Shown here in pieces: positions 1 to 8,756 of a stretch of 43,111 nucleotides of DNA; the stretch's first letter is position 1; every line of letters begins with the position of its first letter. Source of the stretch: an uncultured Bacilli bacterium (lineage in GTDB: Bacteria; Bacillota_I; Bacilli_A; RF39; UBA660). The translations under genes were made by a program, and so were the position numbers. The stretch spans positions 1-43,111 of the forward strand of contig CANRKS010000002.1 in assembly GCA_947631285.1 (NCBI GenBank), in the 5' to 3' direction. The notes beneath the pieces are model-generated. The model was not told the DNA's origin. It made no database searches and was given only the letters and a program-made list of their open reading frames with translations.

Positions 1-54
1 AACTTCTTTTTTTATCAATTATATCTGGCATTTTTTTGATTTTCTTACTTTGTA

Positions 55-903
55 CTAGTTACTTTTGAAATTGAACATTTTCCTTTTCTCTATCCATTCC
101 CTATTAAGAGAGCTAAATTCTTTTTGCTCTTGCCATAATTGATTTTGACTTTTACTATAGTGTTCTATTTTTTGAAGTTCACCAAAAAAGCATTGGAAAA
201 GATATCTAATATCATCAATAGTTTTAATATTAATTAGTAAATCTTTATTAACCTTGTTATTTCTTTCGATCATCTTAACTTCAATTCCGTATTTATCACA
301 AAATTCTTTTATAAAGTCATAACTAACTGCCCAATTATTGTAGACAAGAATAAAACCTCTAAAATCATAATCAACTAGGGCTTGCTCTAATAGTTTATAT
401 AAGCCATTTTCTTTATCTATAATAAAATTATTATAGGCATTTTCATATTGAGCTTCTCTGAAACTTTCTTTATAATTACGAGAAAGTTCTTTAATATGGT
501 CTTGTCTTTCTTCAATTGTTTTATAGCCATCTAATCTTTCAAAAATACTTGGCCTTCTATTATTACTTTTAGCTTTTAATAACTCTTCGGTATAAGCATC
601 TATAATCATCTTCGTATTTAAACCATCAGAAGGATTACACCAAACAAGAGAGTCTAAAGAAGTATGAATATCTATTAAATTATACTTACTTAAAAAAATT
701 AACATATAGTTTAAAGCCGTTATTTCAAGATTTTCTAAAGTACTCCAGCAAGCTCTTGCAATATCCATAGGAAAAGATTCATAAGCAAATTCTTTAATTA
801 CATTTTCTAAATCTTCTCTTACAAATTTTTGATATTCTTCAGTTTCTTTTAAGTAATTTTCATCATTTTCAATTATTTTCATTTTTTCATAAAAAGTTTC
901 CAC
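55..903 (-). CDS. hypothetical protein (282 aa), no recognisable domain
   Basis: Long uninterrupted ORF. GTG start at 903 with AGGTGA about 9 nt upstream. Soluble, Glu/Lys-rich protein with no motif I recognise. Confidence 0.55.
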   Translation of the reverse strand: METFYEKMKIIENDENYLKETEEYQKFVREDLENVIKEFAYESFPMDIARACWSTLENLEITALNYMLIFLSKYNLIDIHTSLDSLVWCNPSDGLNTKMIIDAYTEELLKAKSNNRRPSIFERLDGYKTIEERQDHIKELSRNYKESFREAQYENAYNNFIIDKENGLYKLLEQALVDYDFRGFILVYNNWAVSYDFIKEFCDKYGIEVKMIERNNKVNKDLLINIKTIDDIRYLFQCFFGELQKIEHYSKSQNQLWQEQKEFSSLNREWIEKRKMFNFKSN

Positions 904-946
904 TTTACCACTTCACCTTTTCTAATAATTACTTATTCTAGCATAG

Positions 947-977
947 AAAAAATAAAAAAGAAAGCGCTATCTTTCTT
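947..977 (-). terminator. rho-independent terminator after the 967-1746 gene
   Basis: Stem AAGAAAG (958-964) / CTTTCTT (971-977) with a 6-nt loop. On the minus strand it is followed by a T-run (TTTTTTATTTT). It overlaps the stop codon. Confidence 0.5.
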
Positions 978-1746
978 CTGTTATTAATTCACTTAAGTAA
1001 CTAATTTTGATATCTTGATAATTAATTTGATTAATGAGTAATTTAAAATCAGTAATAGATACATTATCATTAATATAAATTATATAACCATTTTTTAAAT
1101 TTTCTTTTATACTAGCTAAATTATAACTATTTAAACTTACACTAGCTTCAACTAAATACTTCTTATACTTAAGACATACATCTTTATTATTTTTACTAAC
1201 AAAACAAATATTTTTATTAAGATTATTATTGTCTAACATTGCTTCTACCTTTAAATAATTTTCATGATCATCATTGATTTGCTCATATAAACTATTTTTA
1301 TCAAAAGAATTTCTATCAATAAGACGAGTTACTTTTAAACCTATTTGACTAGCATAATTTAAGACATTCTGATTATTTTTAATAATTAAAGCGATATTTT
1401 TTTTATTAGGATTGCCATACTTAATTATCTTATCTTTATTATTTTCTAAGGATACCTCAGGCGTTATTTTATCATACTCTAAATAATAAGAATTAAAGGT
1501 ATCTAAATAACGCATATTATTATAACTTTTTAAAACATTAACAGCGTATCCATTAAGACCAGGAATAATGTATTCATCCTCAATAATGGCACTTACTGAA
1601 GCAACATTATACTCTTTAATATTTTTATTTATTTCTTTAACTAAACTACTGTTATTTACAACGATCTTACTCATCTTTTCTGTATAATAGAAGCTAACTA
1701 ATAAAACAAGAGCAATTCCCATATATTTAAAAAGATTTTTCATCAT
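967..1746 (-). CDS. membrane-anchored PdaB/YlxY-like polysaccharide deacetylase-family protein, possibly non-catalytic
   Basis: N-terminal TM anchor (YMGIALVLLVSFYY). IIPGLNGYAVNVLKSYNNM ... KYGNPNKKNIALII resembles the N-terminal part of sporulation-type NodB deacetylases. I cannot find the TFDD or HxxxH metal motifs. Confidence 0.4.
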   Translation of the reverse strand: MMKNLFKYMGIALVLLVSFYYTEKMSKIVVNNSSLVKEINKNIKEYNVASVSAIIEDEYIIPGLNGYAVNVLKSYNNMRYLDTFNSYYLEYDKITPEVSLENNKDKIIKYGNPNKKNIALIIKNNQNVLNYASQIGLKVTRLIDRNSFDKNSLYEQINDDHENYLKVEAMLDNNNLNKNICFVSKNNKDVCLKYKKYLVEASVSLNSYNLASIKENLKNGYIIYINDNVSITDFKLLINQINYQDIKISYLSELITEER

Positions 1747-1797
1747 GTCACCTTAATAAATTATAATAATCTTTCCCTATTTTATTACTGCTTAAAT

Positions 1798-2184
1798 TTA
1801 AGCTTCACATAAATTATTAAGAAGTGATTCATCTTTATCATCTTCTTCTTTTATAGCATCTTTCTTTTTAACTGATGATAAGAAGGTTACTCTTTCGGCG
1901 ATTACATCAGTTACATAGTGAGTTTTTTCATTTTCATCAAGATATTTACTTGTTTGCAGACGGCCTTTAACACCAATGACATCCCCAACATGACAATATT
2001 CAGTCGTGGTGGAGGCAATACTATTCCATAGAATGCAACGAACAAAATCTGTTTCATAAATACCATCAGCATTTTTAAAATTACGATTAACCGCTAAAAT
2101 GACCGTGGTTACTTTTTTATTGTTTTCAATAATTGAAATCTCCGGATTTTGAGTTAGACGACCTACTAATATAACATTATTCAT
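1798..2184 (-). CDS. ssb: single-stranded DNA-binding protein, short form (128 aa)
   Basis: OB-fold SSB pattern: MNNVILVGRLTQNPE, FVRCILWN, GDVIGVKGRLQTSKY, VIAERVTFL. The acidic C-terminal region lacks the terminal DDD(I/L)PF-type tip. Confidence 0.85.
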   Translation of the reverse strand: MNNVILVGRLTQNPEISIIENNKKVTTVILAVNRNFKNADGIYETDFVRCILWNSIASTTTEYCHVGDVIGVKGRLQTSKYLDENEKTHYVTDVIAERVTFLSSVKKKDAIKEEDDKDESLLNNLCEA

Positions 2185-2306
2185 TATTTTCCTCCTTTCT
2201 TAAAAAAATACATTAACATAAAATCTGGGATTTACCAAACTGCCATTTATCTATTATTTTGGTTTAAAAAAAGGTTAAAAAAGGATTCTTTAACTTGGTT
2301 ATTGCC

Positions 2307-2338
2307 AAAAAAATTACCAATTATTTAATAATTGGTAA
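2307..2338 (-). terminator. rho-independent terminator after sufB
   Basis: Perfect 10-bp stem TTACCAATTA (2314-2323) / TAATTGGTAA (2329-2338) with a 5-nt loop. On the minus strand it is followed by T7 (complement of A-run 2307-2313). Confidence 0.65.
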
Positions 2339-2349
2339 AAAACAATTTT

Positions 2350-3654
2350 TTAATCTTTAATTAATCTATTTAACTCTACAGCATATTCCATTGGTAATTC
2401 TTTTTTAAAATCGGCAATAAATCCCAATACCAATAATTCTTTACATTTATCTTCACTTAAGCCTTTACTCATCAAATAATTTAGTTTATCTTCACTTACT
2501 TTAGAAATGGTGGCTTCGTGTTCTAATGTACTACTTTCATTTTCTAAAATGTTTTTAGGGTATGTATTACTACTAGATATTCCATCTAATATTAAGGTAT
2601 CACATTTAACCTTAGCTAATGCTCCGATTGCAGAAGGAGTAATTTTAACTAAACCACGGTAATTACTTATTCCCCCATCTTCAGCTATACTCTTACTAAT
2701 TATGTTGCTTTTAGTATTTTTACCTATATGAATCATTTTGGCTCCAGCATCCAAGGCTTGTCCTTTTTTAGCATACGCAATTGATAAACTATTACCTACC
2801 GCATTATCGCCTTGTAAAATACAGCTCGGATATTTCATTGTTATTTTACTACCAATGTTACCATCAACCCATTCCATAATGCCATTCGAATCTACAACTG
2901 CTCTTTTCGTAACTAAATTATAAACATCCGTTGACCAGTTTTGAATAGTAGAATAACGACATCTAGCATTTTTACCAACATATATTTCTACAACACCAGC
3001 ATGCAGAGAAGACTCTGAATAACTTTTGGCTGTACATCCTTCAATGTATTCCAAACTACTATCATCATCAACGATAATAATCGTTCTTTCAAATTGGCCT
3101 AAAGATTCACTATCAATGCGAAAATAGCTTTGAAGAGGACGATCTAAATGCGTATGGGGAGGAATATAAATAAAAGATCCCCCACTCCATAAAGCTCCAT
3201 TTAAAGCCGTGTATTTGTTTTCGGCATAATTTACTAAATGGTTAAAATATTTATAAAAAAGATCAGGATATTTTTTTAAAGCATCATCGGTACTCATAAA
3301 AATTATCTCTTTATCCGTTTTATTGTGATGATAGACTACTTCACTTTCGTATTGATTAGACACACCATCTAAATATTTTTCTTCAGCCTCAATTACCCCT
3401 AAAGATTGAAAAGTATTTTTGATATCATGATCAACTTGATCCCATTTATCAGTAACGGGCTTTTCATTACTTTTATAATAATTAATATGGTCAAAATCAA
3501 GATCAATTTTCGGTCCAAAAGTAGGATTATCTAATTTTAAAAACATTTGAAAAGACTTAAGTCTAAACTCAAGCATCTTTTTATCTTCACCCTTTTTACG
3601 GGATAGCCAAACAATAAAATCTTGATCTAATTTTTTTTCCATATTTAACTCCAT
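2350..3654 (-). CDS. sufB: Fe-S cluster assembly scaffold protein SufB
   Basis: SufB hallmarks: FERTIIIVDDDSSLEYIEGCTA, RCRYSTIQNW, NLVTKRA, KMIHIGKNTKSNIISKSI, YRGLVKI, CDTLILD, EHEATISKVSEDKLNYLMSKGLSE. Confidence 0.9.
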   Translation of the reverse strand: MELNMEKKLDQDFIVWLSRKKGEDKKMLEFRLKSFQMFLKLDNPTFGPKIDLDFDHINYYKSNEKPVTDKWDQVDHDIKNTFQSLGVIEAEEKYLDGVSNQYESEVVYHHNKTDKEIIFMSTDDALKKYPDLFYKYFNHLVNYAENKYTALNGALWSGGSFIYIPPHTHLDRPLQSYFRIDSESLGQFERTIIIVDDDSSLEYIEGCTAKSYSESSLHAGVVEIYVGKNARCRYSTIQNWSTDVYNLVTKRAVVDSNGIMEWVDGNIGSKITMKYPSCILQGDNAVGNSLSIAYAKKGQALDAGAKMIHIGKNTKSNIISKSIAEDGGISNYRGLVKITPSAIGALAKVKCDTLILDGISSSNTYPKNILENESSTLEHEATISKVSEDKLNYLMSKGLSEDKCKELLVLGFIADFKKELPMEYAVELNRLIKD

Positions 3655-3737
3655 TACTTATAATACAATAAAATGATTTTAAAAACAATTGTATTTTAAG
3701 TAATCGCGCGGTAAAATATTTATAATAGGTGGATGGT

Positions 3738-4352
3738 ATGGATAATGAACGTAGTCTAAATAATTTAAAAAAGATTTTTCCTAATCTACAATATTTTTAT
3801 CTTGCTAATAATATTCTAACATTAAATTATAATGGCCATTTTGAAATGCCTTTAATATCTACCAATTTATCTTTATTAAATCCTAACCTTTATTATTTAA
3901 AACCTAATGAAATCTTTCAAGTAATCTATGTTTTAGAGCTTTTATATAAAAACTCTCTTTCCGAAAAAGAAGCAAGTTTTATTTTAGATTTTACAAATAT
4001 GTATTTAAATTTAAATGATTTAATAAAAAGTGGAACTTTAAAAAATGAAGAAGCGCGAGTTTGGTGTTTAGGCATTCCGATCGTTAAATCTTATGAAAAT
4101 ATATTTGTTAATAATCCAGCCAGTAAAATAATTGCTGAAGTAGTCAATAATCATGAAGATGAAATTATAAGTGGTAAAAACAAACAACCAAGATTAGTTA
4201 GAACTAATGATTCTGTCGTTAATTTTATGCCGGCGGAACCAGATTTAAATCTTATAGATTATGGCAAAGCTGGTTTTACCACTCTTCTTTTAATCGGCGG
4301 GGCTATTGTCTTTTCTGTTATCTATGTAACTTATTTTATCATTGGTCATTAA
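3738..4352 (+). CDS. hypothetical tail-anchored membrane protein
   Basis: ATG at 3738 follows AGGTGGA (3727-3733). The ORF-track start at 3729 is an in-frame GTG lying inside that SD. One C-terminal TM (FTTLLLIGGAIVFSVIYVTYFII). No recognisable domain. Confidence 0.55.
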   Translation: MDNERSLNNLKKIFPNLQYFYLANNILTLNYNGHFEMPLISTNLSLLNPNLYYLKPNEIFQVIYVLELLYKNSLSEKEASFILDFTNMYLNLNDLIKSGTLKNEEARVWCLGIPIVKSYENIFVNNPASKIIAEVVNNHEDEIISGKNKQPRLVRTNDSVVNFMPAEPDLNLIDYGKAGFTTLLLIGGAIVFSVIYVTYFIIGH

Positions 4353-4408
4353 TATTTGCTTTATAGATTAAATAATGGTATTATATATCCCACTTAAAGG
4401 GGGATATT

Positions 4409-4822
4409 ATGTTAAACGAAGAATATTTTATCGGGGAATCAAGTTATTCTAAAATGGATAATAAAAATAGAATTTGGCTTCCCAAATTTGCTTATAAACC
4501 TATTCAAGATACTAATGGTGAAGTTGCTCTTTGCCAAATTAATTTAGAATTAAGAGTTTATTTAGCTAATACTTATCAAACAATTTTAAATCATTATGAA
4601 AAAATCTTAAATGAAGCCAATTTAACTTATGAAGAATATACCAGAATTGCTTTTAAAATAGCAGAAATATGTGCCAGTTTAGATGATGTTATAAAGGTTG
4701 ATAATAAACATCGCCTTCTTATTCCTAACATGCTTATGACCCAAAACAATTGGCAAAATACTGATTCTTTTCGAATTAAAGGCTACGGAAAATATTTAAG
4801 TATCACCAAAAATAATAATTAA
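4409..4822 (+). CDS. MraZ-like protein (duplicated SpoVT/AbrB-type half-domains), outside any dcw context
   Basis: 137 aa, the usual MraZ size. Two DxxxR motifs in MraZ-like context: SKMDNKNRIWLPKF (res 15-28) and IKVDNKHRLLIPNML (res 96-110). AAGGGGGA SD 5 nt before the ATG. Confidence 0.55.
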   Translation: MLNEEYFIGESSYSKMDNKNRIWLPKFAYKPIQDTNGEVALCQINLELRVYLANTYQTILNHYEKILNEANLTYEEYTRIAFKIAEICASLDDVIKVDNKHRLLIPNMLMTQNNWQNTDSFRIKGYGKYLSITKNNN

Positions 4823-4827
4823 TCGTT

Positions 4828-4855
4828 AAAAAAATCCCCTTGAGGGAATTTTTTT
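4828..4855. terminator. bidirectional terminator between convergent genes
   Basis: A7-TCCC-CTTGA-GGGA-A-T7. The short GC stem is flanked by complementary A and T runs and overlaps the stop of the VirB4 ATPase gene. Confidence 0.5.
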
Positions 4856-6638
4856 AACCTACACTTGTTATGCCAAAAGAATCTAATTCTTCTTGCGTAA
4901 CTACAACATTTATTCTCATTCTTCTATTACCACATATAAATAAGCCTTGACCTTGAGGATAGAATTTAATACCTTCTTTTTCGCTTTCATTTAAGTCAAT
5001 TAATTGGGCTAAATCCTCTACAGCTTGTTTTCTTAATCCCATTATTAAATAATAAGAAGCATTGTCAAAAATAGCTTTTCCATGTTGAATAATAGATGGA
5101 GCCGCAAAATCAGTTGGTTGTTGCGTAATAATTAGAGTACCAGTGTTATATTTACGACTTCTTCTTTGAATTTGCGCTAAAAATTCAGCTCCCAATTCAT
5201 TATGAGATTGAAGTAATACATGAGCTTCATCTACCATCATAATCGTATTAACATCTTTATCTAAGCATAAGCCCCAAGCATATTTCAAAATATTAAAGAA
5301 TAAAGCATTTTTAATATTTTCATCACTATTCATTAATTCTTTTATATTGAATACAATGAAATCACTATTAATTTTTAATGATGTATGACCAGTAAAATAG
5401 TATCTTAACTCTTTTACTAAAGGTCTTACTTTTAATTCAAGTCTTTCCATAACATCTCTTTCATGGGTAGCATCAACCATTGATAAAAGACGTCCTTGAA
5501 TTGTCGCATATACATCATCAAAAGTTGGATACATATCACTAGTTAATTTAGTATAGTCAGTATTATAATCGATCCGATATCTCTTATAAGTATCTTGTAA
5601 AACTTCGCTAAATAAAGTTAAAACATCTTCTTCAATAGAAGGACTATAATATTTCATAAAGGCTCTAACTTGTTGAAGAGTTCTAGTTAAAACTGTATAT
5701 CCTAGCCCTTGAGCAATTTCTTCATCATCAACATCAACCACTATTTCTAAAGGATTTATCATACCGAAGTCTCCGCCTTTACCTAAGTCTAAGAAATCTC
5801 CTCCTAAAGTTTTCGCCATTTCTTCAAGTTCACCCTCAGGATCAATAGCCACAATTTTGCAACCATTTCTAATGTGGGTTCTTAACAATAATTTAGCCGC
5901 GGTTGATTTTCCAGTTCCTGATGTACCAAGTAAAATCATATTGGCATTGTTTCGGTTACTTTCATTTCTAATTTGATATAAAAATTGATTGAATAAAACT
6001 ACTCCCCCAGAAAAGTCAACACCAAATAGGCAAGATAAGCCAGGATCTTTAATACTATCAAAAACATAAGGATACATTGCTGCAATGGTAATTGAAGGAA
6101 TAGGAGTACCTACTCTTTCTTCGATATCTTGTTTAGGGAAGATAGGAACAATACTTTTTAAAACTTTTTCTTGTTCAAACATTAAAGCTACTCCTCCCAT
6201 GCCTAAAGCATTTAAGTAACTTTTAACTTCCATCTTTTTCATATCTAATTCTTCTTTACTATTAGCTGTAAGCATTAAATGCATTTGGAAATCAAATATT
6301 CTGGCATCAGTCGCCGCCAACATACTAACAAATTGCTCTAAAGATTCATAATCTTGACGAATCTTTTCTTGCATTGTGTTATCTCTTTCTGATTGATATC
6401 TAGTTTTTAAATCGGCAACTTCTTTATTAATCATTTTTTGTAAGACAGAAAAAGGTATGGGAATATGTTTAATAACTAATTTAACCCCTGAAATATTTGT
6501 TATATCTGATAAATAACCTACATAAATATTTTTAGGAAAACTAACAATTGTAATAATTGTAGAATATTTTCCCCCAATTCTAAATTCAGTAGGTTTAAAC
6601 TCCATCCCTTTGGGAGCAATTTCACTTTTTATATTCAT
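4854..6638 (-). CDS. VirB4-family T4SS ATPase, middle plus C-terminal ATPase portion (594 aa)
   Basis: Walker A GTSGTGKST, Walker B IMMVDEAH, LIITQQPTDF. The N-terminal stretch IAPKGMEFKPTEFRIGGKYSTIITIVSFPKNI resembles the central region of Gram-positive VirB4 (TrsE/TcpF/PrgJ/ConE-type) proteins. The ATG overlaps the upstream stop (TAATG). Confidence 0.85.
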   Translation of the reverse strand: MNIKSEIAPKGMEFKPTEFRIGGKYSTIITIVSFPKNIYVGYLSDITNISGVKLVIKHIPIPFSVLQKMINKEVADLKTRYQSERDNTMQEKIRQDYESLEQFVSMLAATDARIFDFQMHLMLTANSKEELDMKKMEVKSYLNALGMGGVALMFEQEKVLKSIVPIFPKQDIEERVGTPIPSITIAAMYPYVFDSIKDPGLSCLFGVDFSGGVVLFNQFLYQIRNESNRNNANMILLGTSGTGKSTAAKLLLRTHIRNGCKIVAIDPEGELEEMAKTLGGDFLDLGKGGDFGMINPLEIVVDVDDEEIAQGLGYTVLTRTLQQVRAFMKYYSPSIEEDVLTLFSEVLQDTYKRYRIDYNTDYTKLTSDMYPTFDDVYATIQGRLLSMVDATHERDVMERLELKVRPLVKELRYYFTGHTSLKINSDFIVFNIKELMNSDENIKNALFFNILKYAWGLCLDKDVNTIMMVDEAHVLLQSHNELGAEFLAQIQRRSRKYNTGTLIITQQPTDFAAPSIIQHGKAIFDNASYYLIMGLRKQAVEDLAQLIDLNESEKEGIKFYPQGQGLFICGNRRMRINVVVTQEELDSFGITSVG

Positions 6639-7201
6639 TAGCTCATCACCGTCCCAAAATAAATCGTTTCGCCACCATTTAAAAGATTATCTAAAATAAC
6701 TCTTAAATCACTATTGCTAGTTTGACTAGATTGTAGTCCCGCACTGGCAAGGCCACTAATCATATTATGAAGTTTCTTTTGTAAAACTTCCAACTTCTTT
6801 TCTTGAAATATTAAATAATATTCAGTATCAACAACGTTATATTCAGCACTCATAAATTGATTAGCTTTATTTATGTCTTGTAAAATTAATTTTCTAATTT
6901 CATTATTAGGAGTATTATTATAAAGACGTTGAAGTTCAGCTAAATACAAATTAATATCAACTGGTCGATCAGCAATTATAAGCCAAAACTCATAATCTAT
7001 CGTATTATAAAAATTTCTTAAATTATAAATGACATTATCTTGCATTTGACTATCCATAATAAAGATATTTCTTGGATGAACTTTTACTCCCGTTACATAG
7101 TATCCACTTTCAAGCTGAATCATTCCATTCATTATTTGTTTAACTGGTAACCAAGAGTTAGTAAATTTAGCATTATTTGTCGTTACTACTGATTCCTTCA
7201 T
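6638..7201 (-). CDS. VirB4 N-terminal domain encoded as a separate ORF (187 aa)
   Basis: LPVKQIMNGMIQLESGYYVTGVKVHPRNIFIMDSQMQDNVIYNLRNFYNTIDYEFWLIIADRPVDIN resembles the extreme N-terminus of Gram-positive VirB4 ATPases. 187+594 = 781 aa, about the length of a single-chain VirB4. GGATGGAG SD. Confidence 0.65.
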   Translation of the reverse strand: MKESVVTTNNAKFTNSWLPVKQIMNGMIQLESGYYVTGVKVHPRNIFIMDSQMQDNVIYNLRNFYNTIDYEFWLIIADRPVDINLYLAELQRLYNNTPNNEIRKLILQDINKANQFMSAEYNVVDTEYYLIFQEKKLEVLQKKLHNMISGLASAGLQSSQTSNSDLRVILDNLLNGGETIYFGTVMS

Positions 7202-7496
7202 GAATACTCCATCCTTTCCAATAATATTGTCTCCTGTTAGTATAAAAATTAAAGATATTTGTTAAAAGCTGCAAAACATTGTGATAATGAGGGACCGGCA
7301 GAACCAAAAAAGTTGCAATTAAACCGGGAAGTAAAACTAATATTAGGATCAATAAGCTCATACTCCTAATAATAAGAAGCATCAAAAACGACCAACCAAC
7401 ACCAATGGCTAAAATAGTTAAGTCCAATTTAGTAAACCAGCCAACTATTAATAATGATTTCTTAGTATTAGCAGGAATCAAATAATTATCTTTCAC
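7173..7496 (-). CDS. VirB3/PrgI/TcpE-like small membrane protein
   Basis: 107 aa with two central TM helices. GTG start with AGGAGGA 8 nt upstream. It sits immediately upstream of the VirB4 N-domain ORF and overlaps it by 29 nt, the usual VirB3 position. Confidence 0.55.
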   Translation of the reverse strand: MKDNYLIPANTKKSLLIVGWFTKLDLTILAIGVGWSFLMLLIIRSMSLLILILVLLPGLIATFLVLPVPHYHNVLQLLTNIFNFYTNRRQYYWKGWSIHEGISSNDK

Positions 7497-7518
7497 CTTT
7501 TTATTCCTCCTTTAACTT

Positions 7519-8730
7519 TTAAATTCCGCATAAGTCAATATTTTTATTATGTACATATGTTAAAATATATTTTAATAATACTGGTAACATAAATATAATA
7601 ACACATAATACGAATCTTTTTATAACTTTTTTTGTTGCCTTAGTTAATGCTTCTTGATCACTAGAAGCAACTGCTCCAATAAAATCTATAACTGATAATA
7701 CGATTAATAATATAATAGCCACATATTTAATAACATTAAACGCTACTACTAAATAATAAGCTGGATCTCCAGGAGTTGATGGACTTCCTAATAAATCAGA
7801 ACAGGTTTTTATTTCCGGCATTGATAATTCAGTAGTATGAAGATTTCCAGAAACATCTACATCACCAGGTGCATCTGTAGCTGATTTATCACTTATATAG
7901 TAGGTACTATATGGTGTGGTAGCAGATACTTTGATGGTTAAATTTTCTGCTGATGCATATTTACCATTTCCTAACCAAATTTTATTTATTGATCCGCTAT
8001 AAATTTCATAACGGTCTAAATCTCTTGTAACTATTAATCCTTCATCTTCAGTTGAAGTATAAGCTCGATCCGCAATGATGCCAAGATATTTTTTAGTAAC
8101 TCCATTAGCTAAATATTCACCAACTTCAATCGTTACGACTTCGTTCCCATCACCATCTTCTACTCCAGCGCCCCCATAATTATCAACATTCTTAGTATAT
8201 TGTTGACATGAAGTTGCACAAGTCATATTACAACCAGCTTTAGTTGTACAACTACTACTATCAGTGCTTGATCCAGATTTCCATTTATAGGCATTACAAA
8301 ATCCACCCATATCAACACAATCGCTCGTTCTAAAATCTTCAACTCCAGATTGACTATCACTTAAAATATAAACATCACTAGGACATCTACCAAGATTTTG
8401 ATATTCTTGTAAATAAGTCATAATGGCATTATCTGTAAAATTAATATTATGGCCATTAAAGCTAATCCAATTATTTGTCCCATCAGCATTGATTAAAGTT
8501 TGCTTTCCAACTCCATTTAAAGAAACATAAGCTCCATTATAATCAGCTGATAAAACCAAACTAGTTATTCCTAAAGTATCTTCACCATTATTTTTATAAG
8601 TACAGCTCACTCCCTTATTTAAAAGATCGCCGTATTGTTCTTGAACATCAGACCAGTTGCCACATCCAGTAGCAAAAAGTACCATCGTAAATACTAATAA
8701 AAATATTTTTAAAAATCTAATGCGTTTCAT
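7519..8730 (-). CDS. Cys-rich exported lipoprotein with C-terminal VirB2/TrbC-pilin-like two-TM hairpin (P1)
   Basis: AGGAGG SD. Signal peptide with a lipobox-like LFATG-C. About 300-aa Ser/Thr/Gly/Asp-rich exported region; 12 Cys in the protein overall. C-terminus is TM, then loop DFIGAVASSDQEALTKATKKVIKRF, then TM. It shares this motif with the upstream paralog. Confidence 0.6.
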   Translation of the reverse strand: MKRIRFLKIFLLVFTMVLFATGCGNWSDVQEQYGDLLNKGVSCTYKNNGEDTLGITSLVLSADYNGAYVSLNGVGKQTLINADGTNNWISFNGHNINFTDNAIMTYLQEYQNLGRCPSDVYILSDSQSGVEDFRTSDCVDMGGFCNAYKWKSGSSTDSSSCTTKAGCNMTCATSCQQYTKNVDNYGGAGVEDGDGNEVVTIEVGEYLANGVTKKYLGIIADRAYTSTEDEGLIVTRDLDRYEIYSGSINKIWLGNGKYASAENLTIKVSATTPYSTYYISDKSATDAPGDVDVSGNLHTTELSMPEIKTCSDLLGSPSTPGDPAYYLVVAFNVIKYVAIILLIVLSVIDFIGAVASSDQEALTKATKKVIKRFVLCVIIFMLPVLLKYILTYVHNKNIDLCGI

Positions 8731-8756
8731 TAATGTACCTCCTTAACTGAATGAAA

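Noticed and set aside
1-31. Possible start of a further minus-strand gene (ATG CCA GAT ATA ATT GAT AAA ...) running off the left edge
   Set aside because: Only 10 codons are visible and there is no convincing SD, so it cannot be supported.
2738-2923. 61-aa ORF antisense to sufB
   Set aside because: It lies entirely inside a well-supported conserved gene on the other strand, has no SD, and its composition is Pro/Leu-biased as expected for an antisense frame.
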